Below are positions 19,920-29,964 of a stretch of DNA of 64,000 nt, in pieces (position 1 is the first letter of the stretch; every line of letters begins with the position of its first letter). Origin of the DNA: Candidatus Bathyarchaeia archaeon. GTDB lineage: Archaea; Thermoproteota; Bathyarchaeia; Bathyarchaeales; Bathycorpusculaceae. The stretch lies in assembly GCA_050012255.1 (NCBI GenBank), contig JBEKHN010000001.1, positions 64,001-128,000 of the forward strand, given 5' to 3'. Under the pieces are notes generated by a model. That model searched no databases. It saw only the letters and a list, made by a program, of their open reading frames with translations, and was not told the origin of the DNA. Both the position numbers and the translations under genes were made by a program.

Positions 19920-20756
19920 TCAGCCTGCTTTCTTAGTGACGTCCGATTTGAGAAGCCTGAAGGCTGCCATCACGATGAACACGATGGCGTAGACTGCTAT
20001 AATCAGTGCTGCTTGGTAAAGATCCCCGAGGTCACCTACGGAAAAAACTGTACTTGGCACGGTTATCAGTTTGCTCATGAGAAACGACGGAAAGTTTGTT
20101 GCCGCCCACGTTGGAAGGCCTTTGCTCAAGTAAAGGTATGATTGTTGATTCGTCATGCTGTAAAGGCTGGATAAGATCGGGCTTATGACTGATGAAGCGA
20201 TGAGTACTCCGAAGGCACCTAACATCGCGAGGGTGCTTCCTCTAAAGACTTCGCTGAACATGAATGATAAGCTGAAGAATATGAGAGAAGAATACACGAT
20301 CGCCAAAAACATTAACGGAGCAAATTGGAGACCGCTCTGCGCACCGAAGAACCAGAGTGATAAGACAACTCCTACAAAGGTTATCAAGGCTTCAACCGTT
20401 GCCAACAAAGAGAACCCGCCTAACAGCTTACCCCACATGTACTCAACTCGCCTAACGGGTTTCGAGAGCAATATGTCAGCCGTACCGTGCTCATACTCTT
20501 CAGCCATCGAACCACCAGCAACTATGATGGCTATCAACGGGAAAAACAAGCCTTGACCCTCGGAAACGCCGACAATCCAGATGAGGGACCTAAATTCAAC
20601 AGTAAAGAACGCACCGACTACAAGCTGAGAAAAGACAACCATTATCAACGTTTGAAATGCTATGGCCAATATTATGAGAGCGAGGACTTTCTTCTTAGCT
20701 AAGGCTCTCCTCCATTCGTACCCAGCAATCACACCAACTCTTCTAAGGGCACCCAT
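19920..20756 (-). CDS. ABC-2 type exporter permease
   Basis: About six TM helices; EEYEHGTADILLSKPVRR..Y..GK signature. Confidence 0.85.
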   Translation of the reverse strand: MGALRRVGVIAGYEWRRALAKKKVLALIILAIAFQTLIMVVFSQLVVGAFFTVEFRSLIWIVGVSEGQGLFFPLIAIIVAGGSMAEEYEHGTADILLSKPVRRVEYMWGKLLGGFSLLATVEALITFVGVVLSLWFFGAQSGLQFAPLMFLAIVYSSLIFFSLSFMFSEVFRGSTLAMLGAFGVLIASSVISPILSSLYSMTNQQSYLYLSKGLPTWAATNFPSFLMSKLITVPSTVFSVGDLGDLYQAALIIAVYAIVFIVMAAFRLLKSDVTKKAG

Positions 20757-20757
20757 G

Positions 20758-21696
20758 CTATTGACCCCCTTTTAGAGCTTGGAGATAAGCGTCTTCCAAC
20801 GTAATCTTGTGGAGGTTCAGGCTCAGTAGCACACCTTTTTGTCTGAAGATTTCTGAAGAAATCTCGCCTCTCACATCTTTCTTCTCCTTCAGCTCTATCA
20901 CTAGTCTGTTTCCGTCCACCTTCACATCGCTCACAGACTCAAAAGCCTTAAGGCTTGAAACTATGCTTTCGGTTACTTTTTCAAGCTCGGCTTCCACCAC
21001 CCATTGCTGAGTGAAGGCTTCCAAGACCTGTTCAATTGGACCGCTGAAAACGATCTTTCCCTTGTTTATCATTCCGATGTGAGTGCAGATTCGTTGAACC
21101 TCGTCTAGTAGGTGAGATGATATAAAGATGGTTTTGCCCTCCTTTGCAAGATTCATGAAAAGGCTTCTGAAATGAACTGAAGCCTCTGGATCCATACCTA
21201 TAGTGGGCTCGTCCATAATCAGAACCATCGGATCGTTTATAAGTGCAAGAGCGACAGACAGCCTCTGAACCATTCCCTTGCTGTAGGTTCCAATCTTCTT
21301 TTTACCCCACTCTTTCAAACCGACAAGGTCAAGGAGCTGCCGAGTCTTTTCCTTCCTAGTCTGCGTGGGCAACTCAAACATTTTACCCATAAAGTCAAGC
21401 AACTGCTCTGCAGTGAAGAAAGTTTGAAGCGTTGGAAGTTCCGAAGCGTACCCAACAGACCGGAACGCCTGAACAGGGTCTTTGGATGGATTTGCACCAG
21501 TTATCTGAACTTCTCCTTGATTTGGCTTGAGGAGACCCAGCATAATTCTTATAGTAGTTGTTTTGCCGGCCCCGTTTGGTCCGAGATAGCCGTACACCCA
21601 GCCTTTGTCTACAGAGAAAGAAACAGAGTCCAAAGCCTTGAACTTTCCGTAATACTTTGTCACGTTCGAAATGTTCAAGACCGGATGAGACGCCAA
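20758..21696 (-). CDS. ABC transporter ATP-binding protein
   Basis: GPNGAGKTT, YSKGMVQR, LIMDEP, SSH. Confidence 0.93.
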   Translation of the reverse strand: MASHPVLNISNVTKYYGKFKALDSVSFSVDKGWVYGYLGPNGAGKTTTIRIMLGLLKPNQGEVQITGANPSKDPVQAFRSVGYASELPTLQTFFTAEQLLDFMGKMFELPTQTRKEKTRQLLDLVGLKEWGKKKIGTYSKGMVQRLSVALALINDPMVLIMDEPTIGMDPEASVHFRSLFMNLAKEGKTIFISSHLLDEVQRICTHIGMINKGKIVFSGPIEQVLEAFTQQWVVEAELEKVTESIVSSLKAFESVSDVKVDGNRLVIELKEKKDVRGEISSEIFRQKGVLLSLNLHKITLEDAYLQALKGGQ

Positions 21697-22104
21697 AACG
21701 GGTACCTAATGCGAAGATATTTCGCATGAGCCCTAATAACACTTGGGGTAACAACCTATTAGTTATCATGTCCACAGCCATTTCATCGGCCGACTTGCCT
21801 GCTTCATAGCAAAAACACGTGAATCGCCCCTTTTCTCAATCTCAAGATTCAAAACCTCAATCCTCAACCGGCTGCAAGGACCAATGGTTCGAAAGGGTTT
21901 GAACGATGGCAGGAGACTTGTGGAGCATAAGGGAATACTACCTCAAGGAGGACAGGAAGAAAAGGTAAATGTTCCCAGTCTATTCAACAAGTACACACAG
22001 TTTCGTTTGAGAGCATCTTTTGGGCTAAGAAGCTGGTTCTCTGACGCGACGAAAGTAATAAATAGTGTTCAGTTGAACCAAGTCTATTAAGGGAAGGCGC
22101 GAGT

Positions 22105-24060
22105 TTGCGCAAATGTCTATTTGCACTTTTCAGCATCATTTCCGTGCTAGTTGTTGTAGTGGCGGCCGTTCTAGTCATAGGACGCTTGAGCATGAATAAC
22201 AGTCCACAATGGAGAAACCAGCAGCAAGGTGCGCTAATAATACCGCAAGGTGGATACGTCACCTTGCAAGCAGACGGGATGGACACGTCTTCCCTGCAAA
22301 AGGCTGTTCTTTCAACTAATGAAACAGGAACTTGGAGAAATGAGACAACGAGCGCACTTCTGTGGGTACAGAACGCTGTCTTCGGGTTTGACAACTTCGG
22401 CACAGCGACCTACAAGGACGGCGTTCTCTACGCTCCTTCTAAAGGAGACAACAGACTTTACGCAGTGAACGCCACGAACGGCGCGATAATTTGGAATACT
22501 ACTGTAAGGCAATGCGACGGGTCTCCCTGCATAGATGGTGACGTTGTTTATGTTGGAGAATGTATGGGAGTGTACGGAGAACCCACGCCCTTGGCAAGAG
22601 CTATGGCACTCAACAGGACCAACGGAGAAGAGATATGGGATTTCGTGGATCCAAACGACAACACTTGGGTTGGTTCGCCGCTGGTTAACGGCGAGTATGT
22701 ATACTGCACAACGTTCCACCCCACGTCTTACACCTCTGGTTCCGGAGTCTATGCTTTGAACAAGACCAATGGACACGTGCTGTGGCGCAAAGACATTGGA
22801 AACATCGTGGGCTCCGTAGCCTATGACAGCGGCATGGTTTTCATTTCAGTTTACAACCAATCTGGTCAGTACGCTTTCAACGCAACAACAGGAGACCAGA
22901 TCTGGAATCAAAACTATGGAGCGTCGTGGGACACGTCACCTGTAATCTACGATGGAATGATCGTTCAGGTTGCGTACAACAGAACTGATGGACTCTGGTC
23001 AACCTATGTTCTAAATGAGACGAATGGAGAGTTCATACGAAGGTTTGAGGGAAAAGGAAGCACGGGAACTCCGCTGGTTCATGATGGCAAAGTGTTCATT
23101 CCCAGCAACGATTGGACGATGTGGGCTTTCGACCTAGCAACAGGAACCGAACTTTGGCAGACTGTACCTCTCCACAACGGAACCCTGCAAAACTATATGT
23201 ACTGCAGCCCAGCATCGGCCGGCGGTGCCATCTACTGTCAAGCCCTGAACGGAACGTTCTACGCAATAAACGAGACTGACGGCGGAGTGCTCTGGTCCTA
23301 CACATTGAACAGTACTGGCTTTGGCAGTCCCAGCATCGGCGACGGATGCGTGTTCATCACTAACGATGGAGGCCTTTACGCTTTTGAGATAGGCCCAGGT
23401 TCGGGTGATTGGCCCATGTTCTGCCATAACAACTTTCACAGCAGTTTTTCAGAGCACGGAGTGGAATACGTCAGATGGCCGCTGACACAACCGCAGTACC
23501 TTGGAGAAGTTTCAAACACCTGGGTGACGGCGAAGTTCACCTGGTGCAACGAGACGATCGCTTATGCCGAAATAGCCTGGAGAATATACTTCTTCGACAG
23601 TCTGGGAAACGCGAACGCGACAGACGTGAAAATCTTCTCTGTAAGAACTCACAATGTAGCCGTAGTCGACATAGTGCCAGAAGAAACGCTCATACAACTC
23701 CAAGTAATATTTGTCAACGTGACAGCAACCAACATGGGCAACTACACGGAAACATTCAACGTAACGCTCTATTATGATTCTGTCGAAATAGGCTTGCAGA
23801 CTGTGGCTTTGAATACAGGCGAGTCACGCGTACTTACCTTTGCATGGAATACGGCAGGAGTCTTCCTTGGCAACCACACGCTGAAGGCAACAGCAAGCAT
23901 AGTTCCATACGAAGTTAGCACAGATGACAACATGGTTACCCTGCAGTCTCCAGTAACAGTCGTTCCTGAATTCCCATTCATAACTACTTTGACTGCAGCA
24001 GTCATCGCTTCCACGATAACTGTTACAATGCTGACCAGAAGAAAACGAACAAGGACCTAA
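22105..24060 (+). CDS. Surface glycoprotein: PQQ-like beta-propeller, CARDB domain and PEF-type C-terminal anchor
   Basis: Signal anchor; repeated A.N.TNG..IW propeller motifs; HNVAV...NMGNYTETFNV CARDB; VPEFP plus TM plus RRKR tail. Confidence 0.78.
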   Translation: MRKCLFALFSIISVLVVVVAAVLVIGRLSMNNSPQWRNQQQGALIIPQGGYVTLQADGMDTSSLQKAVLSTNETGTWRNETTSALLWVQNAVFGFDNFGTATYKDGVLYAPSKGDNRLYAVNATNGAIIWNTTVRQCDGSPCIDGDVVYVGECMGVYGEPTPLARAMALNRTNGEEIWDFVDPNDNTWVGSPLVNGEYVYCTTFHPTSYTSGSGVYALNKTNGHVLWRKDIGNIVGSVAYDSGMVFISVYNQSGQYAFNATTGDQIWNQNYGASWDTSPVIYDGMIVQVAYNRTDGLWSTYVLNETNGEFIRRFEGKGSTGTPLVHDGKVFIPSNDWTMWAFDLATGTELWQTVPLHNGTLQNYMYCSPASAGGAIYCQALNGTFYAINETDGGVLWSYTLNSTGFGSPSIGDGCVFITNDGGLYAFEIGPGSGDWPMFCHNNFHSSFSEHGVEYVRWPLTQPQYLGEVSNTWVTAKFTWCNETIAYAEIAWRIYFFDSLGNANATDVKIFSVRTHNVAVVDIVPEETLIQLQVIFVNVTATNMGNYTETFNVTLYYDSVEIGLQTVALNTGESRVLTFAWNTAGVFLGNHTLKATASIVPYEVSTDDNMVTLQSPVTVVPEFPFITTLTAAVIASTITVTMLTRRKRTRT

Positions 24061-24136
24061 CGCTCAGAATTGCAGTATTCGCCTCAGAAAAACTGAATTT
24101 GGCCACAGTTTCCTCCTTGGTATTGGGAGCACAGAC

Positions 24137-24943
24137 TTACCTTGGCATACTCAGTTTCAAAGTGAAAAACTGCTCAAAGTTGCCGGCCATCTTCTCAGCA
24201 ACACTCTGTACGCCAGTCTCTTTGATTTTTGCGATCGCCCTCACAACTTCAGGGATAAAAGCGGGCGTTGTCCTTTTCCCTTTGAAAGGCGGTTTGTAGA
24301 AATGTACAGGCCCGTCGGTTTCAGTCAGTAGGTTCATTATTGGGACTTTTCTCACGACTTCACGTATGCTTTCGGAGTACACAGCCGCAGGTCCCTCTGA
24401 GACGTAATAACCATTTTCAATAGCCTTGGACAACGCATCAACTGGCCCGGTGAAAAAGTGAAGCAGAACTCTCACCAAGTTGTATGATGGAAGCCTATCT
24501 ATCACCTGATCAGCAGTACCCCTTGAATGGACTATGACAGGCAATCTCATTCTTTCAGCGCAGTGCAGCATTTCATCAAAAACCCTCAGCTGATCATTCC
24601 AAGTGCTCATATGATTTGAGTCCAAACCTATCTCGCCAATGGCAACCATTGCTTTGTTCATCTTTTGCTTCGAAATCAAGTTCAGCGTTCTTTCAAGCTC
24701 CTCCTCAGCCAGGTGCTCAACGCTTGCAGGCTGGATTCCCAGTGCAGCATAGACCAGGCCAGCATATTTTTCGGCCAACTCTAGGCTTTTGATGCTAGTT
24801 TCTAGGTCAACAGAATTGGACACCAATGCAACAACATTTGCCATTCGAGCTTCCTGGGCGATTTCGTCGATGCATTCTGCATATTCTTTGTCTGAGAGAT
24901 GGAGGTGTGCATCAACGAACCTCGGAAATATCTCTCCGTTCAT
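24137..24943 (-). CDS. tatD: TatD family deoxyribonuclease
   Basis: VDAHLHL, AIGEIGLD, VHSR, LLH, LTETDGP; start trimmed to ATG 24943. Confidence 0.88.
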   Translation of the reverse strand: MNGEIFPRFVDAHLHLSDKEYAECIDEIAQEARMANVVALVSNSVDLETSIKSLELAEKYAGLVYAALGIQPASVEHLAEEELERTLNLISKQKMNKAMVAIGEIGLDSNHMSTWNDQLRVFDEMLHCAERMRLPVIVHSRGTADQVIDRLPSYNLVRVLLHFFTGPVDALSKAIENGYYVSEGPAAVYSESIREVVRKVPIMNLLTETDGPVHFYKPPFKGKRTTPAFIPEVVRAIAKIKETGVQSVAEKMAGNFEQFFTLKLSMPR

Positions 24944-25202
24944 GCGTGCTTGATCAGCAGCTGCGTTCATCCTTTCTCGCCCCACGATACGTTCTATTTC
25001 CTCTTCGACATATTCACAGCCAGTTCTTAGCTGTTTTGACAACGTGACTTCACACTGCACGTTGATTAGTTTGTCCGAGTTTATCGAGTAACATTTATCT
25101 GTATTGGCCTACTCAGGTATCAAACTTCTTGAAGCGATCCGAGGTTGAGCGGCCGAACTGTCACCACTATTGACCTACCAAGTCGGTTCTAGGAGAGTTG
25201 AA

Positions 25203-26423
25203 ATGACCGAAAATCCGAGTGAAAAGATGCAGATGGAAGCAAGCGTAAGAATAAGTGATGCCAATTGTGGGCGGTGCATGATTTGCCCATCCGTCTGTCC
25301 CTTCGACGCCATATCGTTCGAAGAAAAAGCTGGCGAAGTCAAGTTAAACATCGAAAAGTGCCAAGTTTGCGGCATCTGTTCCAGCGCTTGCCCAGCTTCG
25401 GCGATAGAGACGATCTATTACAATGCTGATTCACTATTAAGCTACGTTAGGAAAACCGTGCACAAGACAGGCTCAGACAAGCTACTTCTGACGTGTCGTG
25501 GTACTGGTTCCTCTGAGAAAGTGACTGCGGACGAGTTAGACAAGCGGCACTTTGACAATTTCGTCTCGGTAATTTTGCCATGCGTCGGACGCGTGCCACC
25601 GGAATTTTTGTTCAAAGCACTAGCATCAGGAATAGACAAACTGGCGATAATGCCCTGCGAAGACAAATATTGCCGGTTCAAAGATGGAAGCATGATTGGC
25701 ACGCGCAGACTTGTGCTGGTTCAGAGCCTCTTAAGTGAGCTAGGTTTTAAGCCAGACACTTTGACTATAACGAAACGGTCAATAAAAGCGCACATCGACA
25801 GCGACCGATGTATTGGCTGTGGAAACTGCCACTACGTCTGCCCATACAGCGCGATAAAAATGGAAGCCTCGAAAGTGCCGCAGCTAGATTTGAAGAGTTG
25901 TTCAGGCTGCGGAGCCTGTGTGGCAGTCTGTCCAGCGCTTGCCATCAAGCTGGACGGTTTCGAGTACGAAACTATCTCCCAGCAGATTCGCAATTATCGC
26001 TCGCTGATTCCGAGAATGAGACAGAAGAACAAGAAACCGGTCATCCTGGTTTTGGGTTGCCATTGGAGCGAGTTTTCCAACCTCGACCTGCCCCGGAAAA
26101 CCGCTGTCAAAAACGTTGTGTTTGAAGGACTTCCGTGTGCGGGCAGAGTGGACACGTTGCACATACTCGAGGCGTTCCATCTGGGTTTCGACGGCGTTCT
26201 CGTTGCAGCCTGCAAGAAGGACGAGTGCAAACTAGAAAAAGGGAACGAGGAAGCTGAACAGCGCATCGCTTCGCTGAAAAAACTGCTAGCCGAAGTCAAC
26301 CTTGGAGAAAGACTTGAAATGTGCTTCGTGTCCCCGAAAAGCGCCGGAGATCTGGACGGTCACGTTAAGTCATTTATGGAAAAGATAGATTCATCATCTA
26401 TGAGAGGAGCTATAAAAGAATGA
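25203..26423 (+). CDS. Tandem (2x[4Fe-4S] ferredoxin + MvhD/FlpD-like) x2 fusion protein
   Basis: Four CxxCxxCxxxCP motifs in two pairs, each pair followed by an MvhD-like block (PCVGRV...CEDKYC; CHWS...PCAGRVD...GFDGVLVAAC...C). Confidence 0.75.
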   Translation: MTENPSEKMQMEASVRISDANCGRCMICPSVCPFDAISFEEKAGEVKLNIEKCQVCGICSSACPASAIETIYYNADSLLSYVRKTVHKTGSDKLLLTCRGTGSSEKVTADELDKRHFDNFVSVILPCVGRVPPEFLFKALASGIDKLAIMPCEDKYCRFKDGSMIGTRRLVLVQSLLSELGFKPDTLTITKRSIKAHIDSDRCIGCGNCHYVCPYSAIKMEASKVPQLDLKSCSGCGACVAVCPALAIKLDGFEYETISQQIRNYRSLIPRMRQKNKKPVILVLGCHWSEFSNLDLPRKTAVKNVVFEGLPCAGRVDTLHILEAFHLGFDGVLVAACKKDECKLEKGNEEAEQRIASLKKLLAEVNLGERLEMCFVSPKSAGDLDGHVKSFMEKIDSSSMRGAIKE

Positions 26424-28039
26424 TAGTGACAAAAGAGAAAGCTCTGGAGGAAATATTGCGTCTGCTAGCACCGTACAAGAGGGTTCTGGTCGTGGGCTGC
26501 GATGGCTGTACGACTCCTCCGAGAGGGTTACGAGAGGCTAAGACTTTCACTATGCTTGTTGAAATGGGTGGAAAACTCAAGAACAAAGAATTCAAGTGCA
26601 CACCAACGACGATGGGCAAACAGTGTGACAATTATGAAGTCAACACAACCCTAACACCCCAAGTTAAGGACATCGACGCCGTACTGTCTCTGGCATGCGG
26701 CGTCGGAGTGCAAACCTTAGCAGAAGTTTTTCCGAACATTCCAGTTTATCCTGCCCAAGACACGGTTTTCCTCGGGTCGCAAGATCGCGATAGCGCAGCC
26801 ATGCATGAGAGGTGCAGAGGATGCGGAGAATGCCTCCTAGGCGAAACAGGCTCCATATGTCCGATAACTCGGTGCGCCAAAAGTCTTCTCAACGGACCAT
26901 GTGGGGGACAGGTGAAGGGAAAATGCGAGGCAGGAGGCTGGAAGAACGACTGTGCATGGGTTCTGATCTACAGCAGGCTGAGAGAAAGAAACGAGCTGGA
27001 ACTCTTCAAGAAATTCAGGATACCTAAGGACTACAGAATCTCCGAACATCCACGAGAGCTGGCCATGGAAACGATTACAGAGAAGACGAAGACAGAGATG
27101 AAAGAGGAACCTGTGAAAACCGTGACGAGGGAAGCTTACGGTGAGTTGATGAAGCAACTCGAAGAGGGCAGGTTCGTGTTCACAGGCGAACTTGAACCGA
27201 TGAAAACGACAAATCTGCACGAAGTCATTGAAAGCGCAAAGATCTTGAAAGGTCATGTTGCCGCGATCAACGTGACGGACAATCCTACAGCCTTCGGGTT
27301 TTTCAACGGGCTTGTTTCATCTTATCTCGTCCAGAGAGAAGCGTGCGTAGAAGCCGTTTTTCAGATAACCACAAGGGATAGGAACCGCATAGCACTGCTT
27401 TCTGACGTGTTAGCCGCTGGCACTCTGGGAATAAAGAACATTTTGGCCATAACAGGCGACTACACGACGGTCGGCGATATGCCACAGGCTAAACCAGTCT
27501 TTGACCTGGACTCGGCAACACTGGTTTACATGCTGAGAAAAGTGGTCGACGAGGGCTTAGACCTGAGCGGGAACAAAATAGAAGACCCACCTAAATTTAA
27601 CATCGGAATCGGAGCATCACCCAACGCTGACCCCTTAGAACCCGAAATTCTGAAAATCGAAAGAAAGGTCAAACTCGGAGTCGACTTCATACAAACCCAA
27701 TGCGTCTACAGCGTAGAACAAGCCGAAAACTTCATGAAAGCAGTGTCTTATCTCAAAACGCCTGTCCTGCTTGGAATCGCACCCTTCAAATCGCAAGCCA
27801 TGATGAATTGGATGATCAAGTTCGTCCCAGGAATAAAGGTCCCACCCGACTTGGAGCAACGCCTCCGGAAGGCAAGAGAAAGAAGCAAGGAAGCGTTTTT
27901 GGAAGAAAACATTGAAGCCTTCGCTGACCTGATCCGCGAAATCCGCAGAACAGCTAATGCTTCAGGGCTCCACTTGATGGCTGTCGGTTTTGAATGGGTC
28001 CTGCCGAAAATCATTGAAAAGAGTGGAATAAGGCCATAA
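26420..28039 (+). CDS. metF: MetV-MetF fusion (bacterial-type methylene-tetrahydrofolate/pterin reductase)
   Basis: N-half GCDGC, ERCRGCGEC, CPITRCAKSLLNGPCGG (MetV); C-half NVTDN, RDRNRIAL, AITGD, FIQTQ (MetF). Confidence 0.85.
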   Translation: MIVTKEKALEEILRLLAPYKRVLVVGCDGCTTPPRGLREAKTFTMLVEMGGKLKNKEFKCTPTTMGKQCDNYEVNTTLTPQVKDIDAVLSLACGVGVQTLAEVFPNIPVYPAQDTVFLGSQDRDSAAMHERCRGCGECLLGETGSICPITRCAKSLLNGPCGGQVKGKCEAGGWKNDCAWVLIYSRLRERNELELFKKFRIPKDYRISEHPRELAMETITEKTKTEMKEEPVKTVTREAYGELMKQLEEGRFVFTGELEPMKTTNLHEVIESAKILKGHVAAINVTDNPTAFGFFNGLVSSYLVQREACVEAVFQITTRDRNRIALLSDVLAAGTLGIKNILAITGDYTTVGDMPQAKPVFDLDSATLVYMLRKVVDEGLDLSGNKIEDPPKFNIGIGASPNADPLEPEILKIERKVKLGVDFIQTQCVYSVEQAENFMKAVSYLKTPVLLGIAPFKSQAMMNWMIKFVPGIKVPPDLEQRLRKARERSKEAFLEENIEAFADLIREIRRTANASGLHLMAVGFEWVLPKIIEKSGIRP

Positions 28040-28133
28040 CTGAAAAACATAGCACACTTCTCTGCAATTCCATTTTCGAAATCAAGAGAGAACGACGCTT
28101 ATTCAAAAGCATATGCCGCCCGGTACGGGCGAC

Positions 28134-28313
28134 TCAGAGACGCGATAGGACCAGCCGCGTCGAGGTTACGTCAACTTCTGTGATCCTACAGTTGCCAAAT
28201 TGCAGAGATTCTCCAAGCACATCACGCAGGATTACCTTGCCGCCTTCCATCTTAGCGTAAACCACGTCTTTGAACACTTCTTTTCCGTCGAGAATCACGG
28301 TGAATTCACACAT
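28134..28313 (-). CDS. cooT: CooT family nickel-binding protein
   Basis: MCE N-terminus, DV.Y, L.DVLGE, 59 aa, close to the CODH/ACS genes. Confidence 0.8.
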   Translation of the reverse strand: MCEFTVILDGKEVFKDVVYAKMEGGKVILRDVLGESLQFGNCRITEVDVTSTRLVLSRL

Positions 28314-28538
28314 TCTAAAGCCCAACCAGCACTTAGACAAAAACATGTGGGTCGGTTATAAACTTCATCCTAAGAAATGGAGACCTTCGCGAGGGATAAG
28401 CCCTGTTTAATCTGATTCTGAGACATTCTTTTCCTCTCGGCTTTGATTTTGGTTCTCGGTTGCATATTTAGGATAAGTAGTTATAATTCACGATGATTAT
28501 ACATCTCAAATGCCATACATGGTCGAAAGAGGAAACAA

Positions 28539-29012
28539 ATGCGAAAGGAAAGCAAGCCCAGCAAACGTTCGAGCACCGACATGTTCCAGATGCTAACGGA
28601 AACGGCCGAACAAGAGAAAAAGAAACGAAAAGAGGAGCTCCTAGCCCCGCTGGGCATAAAGGAATTCTTCACCGAAGGAAGCATAACCATCAACAAGAGA
28701 ACATGCAAGGGTGTTGAATGCAAGCTCTGCATAAAGGCTTGTCCAACAAACGCTTTGTTTTGGAAGCTGGGAGAAGTCGGACTTACGGAACATCTCTGCA
28801 TATACTGCGGCGCCTGCGTCTTAAACTGCATAGTGGATGACTGCATAAAGATTACGAGAAAAAGACCAGATGGAAGCTCAGAAAGATTTAGCAAGCCAAG
28901 AGACTTTGTGGCTTTGCAACACGGCATCGATACCAAAAGACGTTTTGAAAGAGTTCAAGAAGCTTTTCCGAAACCTGAAGATTACACTAGACGACGGAGT
29001 TCTAAGTCTTAG
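28539..29012 (+). CDS. 4Fe-4S dicluster protein
   Basis: CKGVECKLCIKACP and CIYCGACVLNC. Confidence 0.8.
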   Translation: MRKESKPSKRSSTDMFQMLTETAEQEKKKRKEELLAPLGIKEFFTEGSITINKRTCKGVECKLCIKACPTNALFWKLGEVGLTEHLCIYCGACVLNCIVDDCIKITRKRPDGSSERFSKPRDFVALQHGIDTKRRFERVQEAFPKPEDYTRRRSSKS

Positions 29013-29107
29013 CGTCTACAAGACGTGAATTGCCCAGTCGACGAAAAAGGCCTCTTCATGTATTCTCATTTGCTAGTAGTCCAGGCAGGTAGAACTGTTG
29101 AAAGAGT

Positions 29108-29836
29108 CTATCTCCTGTCGCTTGGTTCAAGTAAGTCTTCTAAACTAGATATTCTGTTCACGCTCTCATCCTGAACTTTACCCTCACGGTCAATCAAAAA
29201 CACCCTTAGCCCACACCTTTGCGCTCCCTTGTAGTCTGTTTCCATGTCATCCCCAACGAACATAGCTTCAGGCGGCGTCGCCTTCATCTTCTCTAACGCA
29301 TAACGGAAAACCTCTGCATCAGGTTTCATCTTCCGCAAAGTGTCAACCACAACCACAACATCAAAAAAACCTTGTAAACCCACTTTGGGCAGTATCTGGT
29401 TTGTGTCGCTCTGCAATCCATTCGTTACGAGTCCTATCTTCAAACCCTTTTCTTTAAGTCGCGGAAGCATCTCTTGAGCGTCTGGATAAAGACTCACTTT
29501 GGCATAATCCCACCAGTGAGATGCAATGAACCTTGCCAGCTTTTCAGCATTCGACTTAACTCGAAGGTTACGTAGAACCCGTAAATTCAGTTGAACCCAG
29601 AACTCATCAAGAAGCTTTGTCATCTCTCGGAAATTCAGTCCTTCCCAAGATTTCACCCACTCCCTAGACACGTCTTTCAAAGAACGATTGACCCCACAGT
29701 CTCCAAGCATACTCTTCATTACATGGGGATCTTTGCTGTTGTCTATGTTGACTAAAGTGCCTCCCAAGTCAAAAAGTACTGCTTTGACTTGACCTTCGCT
29801 GAGCTTCATCTTTCTCAATGACTGAATATTATCCAT
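29108..29836 (-). CDS. HAD-superfamily hydrolase
   Basis: FDLGGTL, VTNG, KPD, FVGDD..TD..GA; true start may be ATG 29809. Confidence 0.85.
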   Translation of the reverse strand: MDNIQSLRKMKLSEGQVKAVLFDLGGTLVNIDNSKDPHVMKSMLGDCGVNRSLKDVSREWVKSWEGLNFREMTKLLDEFWVQLNLRVLRNLRVKSNAEKLARFIASHWWDYAKVSLYPDAQEMLPRLKEKGLKIGLVTNGLQSDTNQILPKVGLQGFFDVVVVVDTLRKMKPDAEVFRYALEKMKATPPEAMFVGDDMETDYKGAQRCGLRVFLIDREGKVQDESVNRISSLEDLLEPSDRR

Positions 29837-29964
29837 CCTTTAATTTAAGATTGAGGTGAGAAGCAAAGCGCATAACGATTCGAACAAGCGAACAAGTGTC
29901 TATTGTTAGAATAGAATCTGAAGCCACAAAAGCGAGGTTCAGAAGGCGCGCTCTAGATGGAAAA

